DNA from: a bacterium | GTDB taxonomy: Bacteria; UBA8248; JACPRG01; G963555815 | DNA: 64,000 nucleotides | NCBI GenBank assembly: GCA_965261595.1 | Contig: CBDHDG010000007.1 | Coordinates: 768,001-832,000 of the forward strand | Direction: 5' to 3' | Shown: piece after piece, positions 31,299 through 41,477 of the stretch | Layout of the letters: each line of letters starts with the position of its first letter | Numbering within the stretch: the stretch's first letter is position 1 | Made by a program: the position numbers and the translations under genes | The notes under the pieces: model-generated | Databases searched by the model: none | Told to the model about the DNA's origin: nothing | Seen by the model: the letters and a program-made list of their open reading frames with translations, nothing else

Positions 31299-31330
31299 TT
31301 ATCCACATGTTGTGGCAAACTTGTGGATAA
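31299..31330. promoter_or_regulatory. DnaA-box cluster
   Basis: TTATCCACA 31299-31307, TGTGGCAAA 31311-31319 (imperfect), TGTGGATAA 31322-31330. Confidence 0.65.
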
Positions 31331-31371
31331 TTCCCTAGATGTTGACGCAGTTTCCCGTTTTTGTGTTCATT

Positions 31372-32100
31372 ATGCCTGATTCACCCCAAGCGACTGCTCA
31401 TCCATCGAACAGGACCCGCCAGTCCGGATTGAAGCGGACATTGACTGCGATTTCAAATATTTATGGGAATCCAGCGTGGTTCCCGGATGAATCGGCGGAT
31501 GGCCGGGATGTCCTGAGCGCCCTCATCCTGACGATCCTCTCCCAAGCCACGACGGACGGGAATCGGGACGTTGCCTATGCGCTCCTCCGGCGGCGCTTCC
31601 CCACGTGGGAGAAGGTCCTCGAGGCCGACGTAAACAAGGTCGAGGAGGCGATTCGGCCGGGCGGCCTCAGCCGGCAGAAGAGCGCCCGAATTCAGGCGCT
31701 CCTCGCTTGGCTCAAAAAGACCCGGAATGAGCTTTCCGCCGAGTTCCTCCGCGACCTCGATCTCCCCGAGGCCATGGACCGGATGGGACACCTGCGGGGG
31801 ATCGGCGTCAAGACGCTCGGCGTGGTCCTCATGTTCACCTGCGGCCGGGATGTGTTCCCGGTGGACACGCACGTCCATCGCGTCTGCCGCCGGCTCGGCC
31901 TGATCGATGAGAAGTGCTCCGCCGAGAAGGCCCACGCGGAGATGGCAAATCTCCTGAGACCCGGCGAGAGCTACGCGGCGCACGTGAATTTCTGGAAGTT
32001 CGGCAAGTTCATCTGCCGGGCCCGACGCCCCAATTGCGACGCGTGCCCGCTTGTGAAAGACTGTGTTTATCCGGAAAAGAATTTCTCTGAGGCGAGGTAA
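31372..32100 (+). CDS. nth: Endonuclease III-family HhH-GPD glycosylase
   Basis: ILSQAT, GIGVKT, PVDTHVHR, CxxxxxxCxxCxxxxxC. Confidence 0.85.
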   Translation: MPDSPQATAHPSNRTRQSGLKRTLTAISNIYGNPAWFPDESADGRDVLSALILTILSQATTDGNRDVAYALLRRRFPTWEKVLEADVNKVEEAIRPGGLSRQKSARIQALLAWLKKTRNELSAEFLRDLDLPEAMDRMGHLRGIGVKTLGVVLMFTCGRDVFPVDTHVHRVCRRLGLIDEKCSAEKAHAEMANLLRPGESYAAHVNFWKFGKFICRARRPNCDACPLVKDCVYPEKNFSEAR

Positions 32101-32110
32101 AGGCAAAGTC

Positions 32111-32411
32111 CCAGGGGGGCGCTTTTTGAAAACCGCCCCCCCTGGAACCCCCCCGGAAAACTTCTTGCGGCCAAGCCTTGGGCTTGGCCTTACTGGGCTG
32201 GGTGTTGGATTGGCTGAACAGTCTGTCTGTGACCTATCGTGGCTTCTCGCTTTGTCCGGATGCCCGTCTGCCTGCGCCAGCCGCAGCATCCGGCCAATAG
32301 GCCAGTTTTTTGCGATAGCGTGCCGCCCGAAGGGCGGCACGCTATCGCAAAACGAAAGTTTTCGAGGGGGGAATTGGGGGGACAGTTTTCAAAATGTCCC
32401 CCCAAGATCTT
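32111..32411. repeat. Structured intergenic repeat, copy 2
   Basis: Homologous to 16531-16788. Confidence 0.8.
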
Positions 32412-32425
32412 AATGGTTTTGATCT

Positions 32426-33622
32426 GTGAATAATACAGAGAAGCCTCGGAAAGGTCAGATCGCCCTGGTGAGCGCGGGTCATTTGATCAACGACACGTAC
32501 ATGGGTTTCATCGCCGTCCTCTTGCCGTTCTTCGTCACCCGGTGGGAGATTTCCCTGACCGAAGCGGGCGTCCTGGTGACCGCGTTTCTTTCAGCCTCGT
32601 ATTTCGGCCAGCCGGTGTTCGGATGGTTTTCCGACCGGTTGGGCGGAAGGCTCCTCCTGGCCGGCGGGCCGCTTATGTGCGCCTGCTTCATCGGAACGCT
32701 GGGGGTGCTTCCGTCGTACGGGTGGGCGGTTCCGTGGGTGATCATCGCGGGCGTTGGCGCGGCGGCCTTCCACCCCCCCGCGGCCGGTGTCGCTCACTGG
32801 GCCGGCGGCAATCGGCGCGCCTTGGGAATGTCGATCTTCCTCATGCCGGGGTTCCTCGGCGTCGCCTTGGGTCCGATTGAGATTCTGGCTGTCGTCACGC
32901 GCTTTGGATTGAAATTCTCCGGCCTCACCGTGATCCCCGGGGTTGTCGCTTCCTTCCTGCTGTTCAAGTACGCCGATCTCGGGGCGGCGCTGAAAACGAT
33001 GGAGAACCGCCCATCTCAATTTTCCGATCTCGCCGGCGCCCGGGGAACGTTGTCGGGGCTATGGGCGATTGTCGTTTTGAGAAACTTCACCTACGCGGCT
33101 TTCTCAAGCTTTCTCCCATTGATGTTGCAACAGCGCGGCCTGTCGGTGTGGGCGGGCGGGACGGTCCTTTCGGCCTTTCTGGCCACGGGCGCGGTGGGGG
33201 GCGTCCTGGGGGGCTATCTCTCCGACCGCTTCGACCGGAGGGCCATCATTGCCCTGACCATGGTCGCGGCCACGGTCCTGCTGGGTCTCTTCCTTGGAGC
33301 GCGCGGCCCGTCGGGGATGGTTTTTCTGATTTTCGGCGGTTTCTTTTTGATGATGTCGGGTCCCATCAACGTGGTGATATCCCAGGAGATGTTCCCGGAA
33401 CATGCCGGTTTGATGGCCAGCTTGATGATGGGTTTCGCGTATGGGGTGGGAAGCGTTGGGATCGTTGTCGTCGGGGCGGTGGCGGACAGGCTCGGCATTC
33501 CGGCGACGCTGTCCGGGGCGGTTGCGGTCCCCCTCATCGCCGCGTGGCTGGGAAGCCGATTGCCGAGAGGCGCCGCCCGGCCGAAAAGATCCATGTCGGC
33601 GGCCCACCCTTTGAGTCCGTGA
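32426..33622 (+). CDS. MFS transporter (Fsr-like)
   Basis: GHLINDTY, AAAFHP, SDRFDR. Confidence 0.9.
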   Translation: MNNTEKPRKGQIALVSAGHLINDTYMGFIAVLLPFFVTRWEISLTEAGVLVTAFLSASYFGQPVFGWFSDRLGGRLLLAGGPLMCACFIGTLGVLPSYGWAVPWVIIAGVGAAAFHPPAAGVAHWAGGNRRALGMSIFLMPGFLGVALGPIEILAVVTRFGLKFSGLTVIPGVVASFLLFKYADLGAALKTMENRPSQFSDLAGARGTLSGLWAIVVLRNFTYAAFSSFLPLMLQQRGLSVWAGGTVLSAFLATGAVGGVLGGYLSDRFDRRAIIALTMVAATVLLGLFLGARGPSGMVFLIFGGFFLMMSGPINVVISQEMFPEHAGLMASLMMGFAYGVGSVGIVVVGAVADRLGIPATLSGAVAVPLIAAWLGSRLPRGAARPKRSMSAAHPLSP

Positions 33623-33740
33623 GGCGGCGGCCGTTTCGGATGGCGCGGTATGGCGTAGGAGACGGGACCCCGGGCGCCGGGGTCCGGAGGGTGTGTCGCG
33701 TCAAGATTCGCCGATTCTCAACGTTGATGGAGACGCTGTA

Positions 33741-34967
33741 TTGAACGATGCCGGGAGGACGGATTCGGCGAAAGTCAAAAAAGGACAGGCGGCCGTTCTG
33801 GCGGCGGGCCACCTGATCAATGACACCTACGGGGGTTTCATCGCTCCCCTTCTCCCGTATTTCGTCGTGCGTTGGGGGCTCTCGCTGGCCGAGGCGGGCA
33901 TCTTGGTCACGGCGTTTTTCACGGTCGCGAATTTCGCCCAACTCTTTTTCGGCTGGTTGACGGACCGCCGCGGCGGCCGGTGGTTCCTGAGCGGCGGCGT
34001 CTTTGTGGCCGCGATATTCCTGGGCAGCCTGGGCGCGGCGCCCTCTTTCGGGTTGGCGATTCCCTGGGTCGTCATCGGCGCCGTCGGCGCGGCGGCCTTT
34101 CACCCTACGGCGGCGGGCTTGGCGAGACGCGCGGGGGGGAGTAGGGGGAGCCTTGTCACCTCGATCTTTCTCCAGTCCGGATTCCTGGGGATGGCTTTGG
34201 GGCCTTTGGAGATCCTGGCCGTCGTCGAGCGCTTCGGTCTGGAGTCCTCCTACCTGTCCGCCGCTCCCGGGGTCCTGATCGCCTGCCTTCTTTTCAAGTG
34301 CGCGGGCCGGCCGAAGGACGAGCCGAAGGCGCGGCGTGAAAGCCCGCCCACGCTCTCCGCGTTTGTCCGAACCTGGCCGTCGCTGTCCACCCTGTGGACG
34401 GTTGTGGTCCTGCGGTCGGTCACGAACAACGCCTTCGCGGGTTTTCTTCCCCTTCTGATGGTGGATCGGGGCGTTTCAAAGCTCATGGGCGTGACGGCCC
34501 TGACGGTCTATCTCGTCGCCGGCGCCGTCGGCGGGCTTGTCGGCGGTTATCTGGGCGACCGGGGAAATCGGCGGCGTCTCATTTGTATGAGCTTGTTCCT
34601 GGGCGTTGTCTTTTTGTGGGGATTCCTCCTCGCTCAGGGACTGCTTTCGCTGGCGTTGCTGGTGGTCGGCGGAGGGTTCCTCATGCTTTCCGGCCCCATC
34701 AACCTGGTAATGGCCCAGGAGCTGCACCCGGAGCGGACCGGTCTGGTGTCCAGCCTGATGATGGGCGGCGCCTACGGAACGGGCAGCCTGGTGCTGGTTG
34801 CGGTGGGGGCCGTCGCGGACCAGGTCGGCATGCACGCGACCCTGGCCGGTGTGACGGCGATCGGCCTCATCGCCTCGTCTTTGAGCCTCCGTCTGCCCAA
34901 GGAAAACGGTCCCCCCCGGCCGGTGTTTGCCGATGTGGAGAATCCGGGCCCCGGGCTGGAAAGCTGA
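33741..34967 (+). CDS. MFS transporter (Fsr-like), tandem paralog
   Basis: GHLINDTY, AAAFHP, SSLMMG; start uncertain. Confidence 0.9.
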   Translation: MNDAGRTDSAKVKKGQAAVLAAGHLINDTYGGFIAPLLPYFVVRWGLSLAEAGILVTAFFTVANFAQLFFGWLTDRRGGRWFLSGGVFVAAIFLGSLGAAPSFGLAIPWVVIGAVGAAAFHPTAAGLARRAGGSRGSLVTSIFLQSGFLGMALGPLEILAVVERFGLESSYLSAAPGVLIACLLFKCAGRPKDEPKARRESPPTLSAFVRTWPSLSTLWTVVVLRSVTNNAFAGFLPLLMVDRGVSKLMGVTALTVYLVAGAVGGLVGGYLGDRGNRRRLICMSLFLGVVFLWGFLLAQGLLSLALLVVGGGFLMLSGPINLVMAQELHPERTGLVSSLMMGGAYGTGSLVLVAVGAVADQVGMHATLAGVTAIGLIASSLSLRLPKENGPPRPVFADVENPGPGLES

Positions 34968-35240
34968 ATGATTCCTTGGCAGGGCGCTGAAAAACGCCCT
35001 CAATGGGTCATACGGGACGTTTTTTGGTCATTCGACGGCCTCTCTGTGTAGGGGGGAGCCCCTTTCCGCGGGCGCCCACGCGGGATGGCGCGATCCCCCA
35101 ATCATATTCAGCCGAAATCGCCCAAAACCCGCGATCCGCGATGTTGAAGCGGAGCGGTGGGGATTTGGTACTGGTTTTGCAACCGATACCCGTGGGGTTA
35201 GAAATGAGTTTTGTCCGATCCGTGATCGGAGAGAGACGAA

Positions 35241-36062
35241 ATGGAGCGAAGATTCATCGAGGGCCAAACGGTCGACCTCAGCATCCTCGGTAGCGAGGGC
35301 GCCTCGGCCCACACGACATCGGTGCTCGATGTCTCGGAAGAGGAGATTATCCTGCGGAGGCCGCCGACGCTGAATGGCGCCGACCAAGGAGGGGTTGTGG
35401 TGGAATTTCGCCCCGAAGGCGATCAGGCGCCGCCCGAGCGCGGTGAGATCGAATCCGTTTCCGACCCTCGGATTCTGAAGCTCCGACGTCTGGAACTGTC
35501 CGAAAGCGGCGCCCAAAGGAGAGAATTGCTGCGACAGGCGGATGAATTTCCGATTGAATTCCGATTCATCTCTTTCTCGGAGCACAGCAGCCGGAAGATT
35601 CACTTTGAATTGAATGCGCCGGCTTCCTCCGCCTCGAGGGTCGGCCCTTCCACACGATCCTCCGAAGAGATGAGCGAATCCGAATCCCTGATGCTCGGAT
35701 GTCTTCAGGAAATGAACCACAAGTTCGACCGGCTTGTCGAGCTCATGACCCGACGCGTGGAGAATGAGACCTTGATGGGCACGGGCATGATTTGCGACAT
35801 CAGCGGCTCCGGATTGCGGTTCCGGATGGACCGGCCCCCGGGGAAAGACTCCTATCTGGAAATTTGGATCGATTTCCCCGGACAGAGGGAAGGTCCGGTG
35901 GGGACGCTTGGAGAGATCAAGCGCGTTCAGAAAGACGCGAGCCCCGATGGAACTCCTTGTTGGATTCTGGCCGTTCACTTTACGGCGGTTGCGGAGTCCG
36001 ACCGGGACCGGATTGTGGCCTACGTCCTGAGACGGCAGCGGGCCGAGCTCAAAAGCCCGTAG
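35241..36062 (+). CDS. PilZ domain protein (YcgR-like)
   Basis: QRRELLR and DISGSG c-di-GMP-binding motifs. Confidence 0.85.
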   Translation: MERRFIEGQTVDLSILGSEGASAHTTSVLDVSEEEIILRRPPTLNGADQGGVVVEFRPEGDQAPPERGEIESVSDPRILKLRRLELSESGAQRRELLRQADEFPIEFRFISFSEHSSRKIHFELNAPASSASRVGPSTRSSEEMSESESLMLGCLQEMNHKFDRLVELMTRRVENETLMGTGMICDISGSGLRFRMDRPPGKDSYLEIWIDFPGQREGPVGTLGEIKRVQKDASPDGTPCWILAVHFTAVAESDRDRIVAYVLRRQRAELKSP

Positions 36063-36355
36063 CCGATTGCGGTTGCTTCACCCGCCCGGCGTCCGCCGGA
36101 CGGACCCTCCACTCAATTCCGGGCAACGCTTCGAAATCCTTCGAGATCCCCCCCCTTCTCTCCCAAAAAATCGGCCAGTACGCGAATCCTTCTTCTTTCT
36201 GCTCCGTCTAAACCATGCAAGAGCGGAGTCTCCGGATTCCCGGGCGGCCGTGCAAGGGTCCGCTGATCTATTTTCGACTAATCTACTAGACCGTACTGCC
36301 GATAAGAAAGGATAGAAGAACCGAGGAAGCTGTTTTCTTTAGGGAGGTCCAGGCC

Positions 36356-37207
36356 ATGACTCGATTAGCCCTTTTGACAGCCATCACTTGGTTTCTGGTC
36401 GGATGCGCCGGTCTTCCGACCCCTCAGCCGCTCGCTCCCGCGGCATCCATCGCCGACATGCGCGACGGCCACTATGACAACAACACCTTCCTGGTCAGGC
36501 CGAGGAAAATGAGCCTGAACCGGGTGATTGAATCCCTCTACCGGGTTCGCACGTAGGTGGAGTTTCGGCTGAATGCAGATGGCCGGAGATTGAAAAAAAG
36601 CATGGAAGGCACGGCCGTCGCTTTGTTCGGGAAATACCTGTTGACGGTCGAGCACGTTGTTTCGATCGAACAACCCACCGCCTCCACACCGGTTGGCAGG
36701 GTCACCCTCGCCGCGACGAAGATCGGTGAGCGGACGTTTCTTGAATACCAGGGCAGGCGCTACCCGTTGGAGCGTCTGGTGGCCGATAAGGCCGTCGATG
36801 TGGCCCTCTTTCGGGTTCCTGCGGGCCTGAATTTGAAGTCCTTTCCCTATCGCATCGGAAATAGCGATGACCTGGAGGTGGGGAATTACATTTACCTGAT
36901 CGGCAATCCGATGAATTTCGGGATCAACGTCCGAGAGGGTGTCGTCAGCTCGCTGAACGCGCCCCGGGTGATCACCAAAGTGGATTCCATCGCCGCGAAC
37001 GCCTTCATGGTCTCCAACGGCCTGAACCCGGGGGACAGCGGAACCCCCGTCATCGCCATCCGCGACGGAAAATATGAATTGGTGGGGTTGTCCCAGGGTT
37101 CTTTTGTCCGGTCTCAGCGGCTCGGGTGGGTGATCCGGATCAACACCGTTCTCCAGCGTATCCGGTCTTCTTTGGGGGTGCAATTCGCCTCCTTGGGCAG
37201 CCCGTAA
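36356..37207 (+). CDS. Trypsin-like (S1C) serine protease lipoprotein with in-frame TAG at 36554-36556
   Basis: LVGC lipobox; LTVEHVV, DVAL, NPGDSG; the two ORFs are in one frame separated only by TAG. Confidence 0.75.
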
Positions 37208-37246
37208 ACCGGCGCTTTCCCGGCCCGCCGCCCCAACGGGGGTCCC

Positions 37247-37975
37247 TCACCGCACGTCGGGATAAAGCCGCTTCAGCTTCGCCGGGGAGATCCCGCACCG
37301 GTAACCCAGGGCGATGGCCCACATCACGAAAATCGTTCTCCACGGCCCCAGGCGCTCCCACCGCCGGGCCGAGGTGACGATGGGCGATTTCAGGAGCTTC
37401 ACGCGCCCCGTCTTCCGCATCCGCGAAATCAAATCCGCGTCTTCCAGGATCTCCATTTCCCGAAATCCGCCCAACGTCTCAAAAACCTCCCGCCGCACGA
37501 AGAGCGCCTGGTCTCCGTAGATCACCCCGAGCCACCGGACCCGCAGGTTGGACATGAAAGAGATCAGCCGGTAGAGAAAACCCCCTCGATCGAGGCCGTG
37601 GCGAAACGCGCCCCCCGAACAACTCGGGTCCGCCAGCGACTCGCGGATGAGCGAAATCGCGTCGGGGGGCAGACGGGTGTCGGCGTGAACGAAGAGAAGG
37701 ATGTTCCCGCGTGCGGCCCGGGCGCCGGCGTTCATCTGGACGGCCCGGCCGCGCGGCGCGGAGAGGACGCGGGCAAAAGGGCGCGCCCGCTCAGCGGTCG
37801 CGTCCCGGCTTCCCCCGTCCGCCACGATCACTTCGAATCGGCCGGCGTCCGGATGCGAGGAGAGGGCTTGAAGCGCTTCTTCAATGGTCGATTCCTCGTT
37901 CAGCGTCGGGATGATCACTGAAATTTCCGGTGGCGGGATCTCAGAGGGTCGGGCCATCCTGTCTCCCTTGGACAT
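37247..37975 (-). CDS. GT2 glycosyltransferase (TIGR04283-like)
   Basis: SVIIPTLNEE, GRAVQMNAGA, HADT, YGDQALF, TSARRW. Confidence 0.9.
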   Translation of the reverse strand: MSKGDRMARPSEIPPPEISVIIPTLNEESTIEEALQALSSHPDAGRFEVIVADGGSRDATAERARPFARVLSAPRGRAVQMNAGARAARGNILLFVHADTRLPPDAISLIRESLADPSCSGGAFRHGLDRGGFLYRLISFMSNLRVRWLGVIYGDQALFVRREVFETLGGFREMEILEDADLISRMRKTGRVKLLKSPIVTSARRWERLGPWRTIFVMWAIALGYRCGISPAKLKRLYPDVR

Positions 37976-37981
37976 GTCGGG

Positions 37982-38872
37982 TCAGGACCGTTTTCTCAAG
38001 AACTCCTTGAAGCGTTTGCAGATGGGTGTGGTGTACCGGGCTTTATGGCCGACCGTATAGATGTCCCGACCGAGGTTGACGCCTTCCAGAAGGATTTCCT
38101 TGAGCAGGCCGGCCTCCAGGTCGCTCCGGACGGCGAGGCGCGAAAGGATGCTGACCCCCATTCCCGCCTTCACGGCCTCCCGGATTCCCTCGTTGCTCCC
38201 GAGCTCGGCGGCGGTGGTCAACATCCCGGGCCCCAACTCAGTTGGGGCGAGCCGCTCCTCCAATGTTCTCCGGGTCCCCGACCCTTCTTCGCGATGGAGA
38301 AAGGGTTGTCCTTTGAGCTCGTGGACCGGGACGGAGGGCCGTCCGGCCCAGGGATGGTCGGGAGGGACCACGAGAATCAGCTCGTCTTTCGCGATGACCT
38401 CGTAGACCAGACGGCTCTCATTCAGCTTCGCGCCGACGATCCCCAGCTCCACCACGCCGTCCAACACCATCTGGGATATGATTTCGGAGTCTTCGATTTT
38501 CAGGGCGATTTGCGTCTCCGGGTGCGACTTCTTGAACTCGCCCAGGATGCGGGGGAGCAGGTAATCGCCCGGAATCGAGCTTGCCCCGAGCCGGAGCGCT
38601 CCACGGTCCGCCCCGGCGAACTCCCGCATGGCGTCCAGGGCCTCCTGTCTGAGGGCGATGATGCGCAGGGCGAAATCGTACAGGATCTTTCCCGCCTCCG
38701 TCAGGAGCACTTCCCGGCCGAGGCGGTCGAACACCCGGACGCCGAGCTCCTCCTCCAGGTTCTTGATGTGCCCGCTGGCGGTGGGTTGGGTGAGCGACAG
38801 CGACTCCGCCGCGCGGGAGAAGCTCTTGCAATCGGCGATTCTGCAAAACAACTCCATCTGGTGGATGTCCAC
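37982..38872 (-). CDS. LysR-family regulator (CysL-like)
   Basis: SFSRAA..L..TQPTAS HTH; GASSIPG, REEGSGTR. Confidence 0.92.
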   Translation of the reverse strand: MDIHQMELFCRIADCKSFSRAAESLSLTQPTASGHIKNLEEELGVRVFDRLGREVLLTEAGKILYDFALRIIALRQEALDAMREFAGADRGALRLGASSIPGDYLLPRILGEFKKSHPETQIALKIEDSEIISQMVLDGVVELGIVGAKLNESRLVYEVIAKDELILVVPPDHPWAGRPSVPVHELKGQPFLHREEGSGTRRTLEERLAPTELGPGMLTTAAELGSNEGIREAVKAGMGVSILSRLAVRSDLEAGLLKEILLEGVNLGRDIYTVGHKARYTTPICKRFKEFLRKRS

Positions 38873-38900
38873 TCCGGCTCACTCCGCATGCGGCATCTGT

Positions 38901-38915
38901 ATAGGAAATTCCAAT
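38901..38915. promoter_or_regulatory. Possible LysR T-N11-A box in the divergent promoter
   Basis: ATAGGAAATTCCAAT just upstream of the LysR start. Confidence 0.35.
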
Positions 38916-39043
38916 GGAAATTATAACACCCGCTGAATTTTCGGATGCGGATTCTGGCATGTCTTCCCGGCCCTATGGTAACTTTTCGGGGTCCGGCGCC
39001 CGATCGTAAAGGCGCCCCCATCACGGGGATTGGAGAACTCCTC

Positions 39044-39664
39044 ATGTCCTTGATCGATTTGACTCACCCCCTCAACAACGACCTGCCCGTTTATTGGCCC
39101 TGGCATCCGAAGACGGATCTTTCCCCGCATTCTTCGTACGAGGAAAATAAGTGTCTTGTCCAGAAGCTGACGGTGGGCACGCACTCGGGCACGCACATCG
39201 ACGCCCCTTCCCATTTCTTCCCCGGCGCGCGAAACATCGACGAGATGCCGCTGGATCTCTGGGTGTCGGAAGCCCAGGTGGTGGATTTCACCGGCAAGGG
39301 GGAGGGTGAGGAAATCACCCGGCCGGAGATGGAATCCCGAAGCGTGGAAAAGGGGATGGGGGTCATCGTTCGCACGGGATGGGCCTCCCGCCACGGACGC
39401 GAGGACTTCTACCGGACGTATCCGCCCGTTTCGGAAGGGGCGGGGAGATACCTCATCGAGCGCGAGATCCCCTACCTGGCGGCGGATACGCCTTTCAACT
39501 GGGCGGTCCACGAGATGTTTCTCTCGGCGGGCAAGCCCCTCGTCACGAACCTGAACAACCTGGACCGCGTCACCCGGACCCGGGTCCGCCTGTATGCCTT
39601 CCCCCTCCTGCTCGAGGGCGCCGACGGATCGCCGGCGCGGGTCCTCGCCGAGCAGGCCGACTGA
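39044..39664 (+). CDS. Cyclase/kynurenine formamidase family hydrolase
   Basis: HSGTHIDAPSH, GADGSPAR. Confidence 0.9.
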   Translation: MSLIDLTHPLNNDLPVYWPWHPKTDLSPHSSYEENKCLVQKLTVGTHSGTHIDAPSHFFPGARNIDEMPLDLWVSEAQVVDFTGKGEGEEITRPEMESRSVEKGMGVIVRTGWASRHGREDFYRTYPPVSEGAGRYLIEREIPYLAADTPFNWAVHEMFLSAGKPLVTNLNNLDRVTRTRVRLYAFPLLLEGADGSPARVLAEQAD

Positions 39665-39749
39665 GGGCCCCTCGGCCGCTTCCTTCGTTTGATCCTGCCC
39701 CGGGCGAATCCGCGGGCGGGGAGACGCCCCGCCGATTTCTCGTAGGCCG

Positions 39750-41477
39750 CTATTTCAGCCAGAAAATCATCCCCGCGTACGGGCTGGTGATGTACCGGTC
39801 GAGGCGGGCGAATTCTTTGTCGAACCGGCGGACGGCCTCCGCGTGCCGGAGGTCGCGCACCGGCCCCGGCTCTTTGGAATAAATCCGGGCGAGGCGGCTC
39901 TCCCCGTCATAGATGCTCCCCGCCAGGTGGTAGTGGTCCACGAGCTTTTGCAGGGCCTCCGACACCGGCCCCTCCTCGAGCAGGACGATGTGATCGACGG
40001 GCGGATCGGGCCGGATATTCTTAAACGCGAACAGGCGCTTGCGCCGGGGGTCTCCGCAGGAGCACAAGACCTTCCCGAAATAGAACTCGCCCAGGCGGGG
40101 GTCTTTGTTGACGTACACCCGCCCGCCGGGTTTGCCGAACTTGCGGATCCAGTATCCGGCCGACTTCATCGCGCGTTCATCGCGCGAAGGCCGGTGGGCG
40201 CCGCCGACCGCCCCCTGGCCTTCCGCGGGGTTGTACCAGGAGCCGTTCGGCGTCTTCAGGCTCAGGTTGACCGCGAGGGCGCCCGAAAACGCCTCGATGA
40301 GGACGAGGGCCGTCAGGGCCGCCGCGCCCCCCCGCAGCCATGCCTTCCGGGAAGACATCCCGCGGACCATCCAGTCGGCGGAGAGGAGAAACACGGGGAT
40401 TCCGCACGTCGCGATGAGGTGGACCTCCTGGACGAGAAAGATCCCGAGAAAGGGGAGTCCCAACAAGATGATCCACCAGACCATCAGTCCCCGGACCTCG
40501 AAGCGGAACAGGCGGCGGAAATTTTGGACGAACGCCGCGAGCGCGGCCAGGATGAGGACGTACCCGAACGCGCTGCCGAAGACGGTCAGATCGATCTCGG
40601 AGAAGTTCATCGGGCGCTTGTGGCCGAACGACCACGCCAGAAGCCCCACCAGCTCCCCTCGGCGGAGCGCCACGGCGAACAGGCCGAACTGAAGGAGAAT
40701 GACGATGAGCGGAAGCGCGCCCCACCAGATCAATGTCGTCTCGCGCTTGAACGCCAGAGCCCGCTTGAAGGTCCGGCCAACGGCCTCCCCCCGCTCGCGA
40801 AAACGCATCCAGCCACGGTAGGCGAGAAGGAGCATCGTGAAGGGGAAACCGTTGTTAGAGAGGACCTCCAGACAGAGCATCAGACTAAACAGGACCGCCC
40901 AGACCTTTCGGCGGGTGTCGAACAGTTTCTCCAACACCAGGAACATGAAAACCTGGTTGACGAAGATCCCCGCCATCGGGTGATTAATCCGGGATATCAC
41001 CCCGTGATAAGGGGCCACGGCCGCGAATGCCGCCGCCACAAGCGCCGTGGGCGCGTCGAACCAGCGCCTTCCGAGGAAGTAAAGCCCCACGATGGAAAGC
41101 GTCCCAGCCACCGCGTAGGGAAGGAAGAGGTAGAACTCCCGGAGGGGAATCCCGAGAAGGTTCAGGACCTCGAGATTGACGAACTGGATGAGCGGCGAGC
41201 TTGCCCCGTTGTAGTAAAGAAAGAGTTGGGCGAAGAAGTTCTCGATCCACGGTCCGCCGGGAAGAAAGTTTGATTGGGTCAGGCGGAACCCGGCCAGCAG
41301 GGGGTTCACCTCGTCGTGGTTGGAGTCCACGATCCGGCCCAGGCCGTAGAGCCGTATCCACACAGCGGCCCCCAGGACGGCGATCAGGAGCCACCCCGCG
41401 CGGCGGGTCAGGAACCGGATGCCGGCGCCCGCGTCCTCTTCTCCCCCTTCGGTCCCAAAGGCCCTTTCAGGCGGCAT
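39750..41477 (-). CDS. GT-C (PMT/ArnT-like) membrane glycosyltransferase
   Basis: RLYGLG...HDE motif after TM1; multi-TM. Confidence 0.7.
   Translation of the reverse strand: MPPERAFGTEGGEEDAGAGIRFLTRRAGWLLIAVLGAAVWIRLYGLGRIVDSNHDEVNPLLAGFRLTQSNFLPGGPWIENFFAQLFLYYNGASSPLIQFVNLEVLNLLGIPLREFYLFLPYAVAGTLSIVGLYFLGRRWFDAPTALVAAAFAAVAPYHGVISRINHPMAGIFVNQVFMFLVLEKLFDTRRKVWAVLFSLMLCLEVLSNNGFPFTMLLLAYRGWMRFRERGEAVGRTFKRALAFKRETTLIWWGALPLIVILLQFGLFAVALRRGELVGLLAWSFGHKRPMNFSEIDLTVFGSAFGYVLILAALAAFVQNFRRLFRFEVRGLMVWWIILLGLPFLGIFLVQEVHLIATCGIPVFLLSADWMVRGMSSRKAWLRGGAAALTALVLIEAFSGALAVNLSLKTPNGSWYNPAEGQGAVGGAHRPSRDERAMKSAGYWIRKFGKPGGRVYVNKDPRLGEFYFGKVLCSCGDPRRKRLFAFKNIRPDPPVDHIVLLEEGPVSEALQKLVDHYHLAGSIYDGESRLARIYSKEPGPVRDLRHAEAVRRFDKEFARLDRYITSPYAGMIFWLK

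Noticed and set aside
31299..31330. oriC
   Set aside because: Too few boxes, no evident DUE and no origin-linked genes
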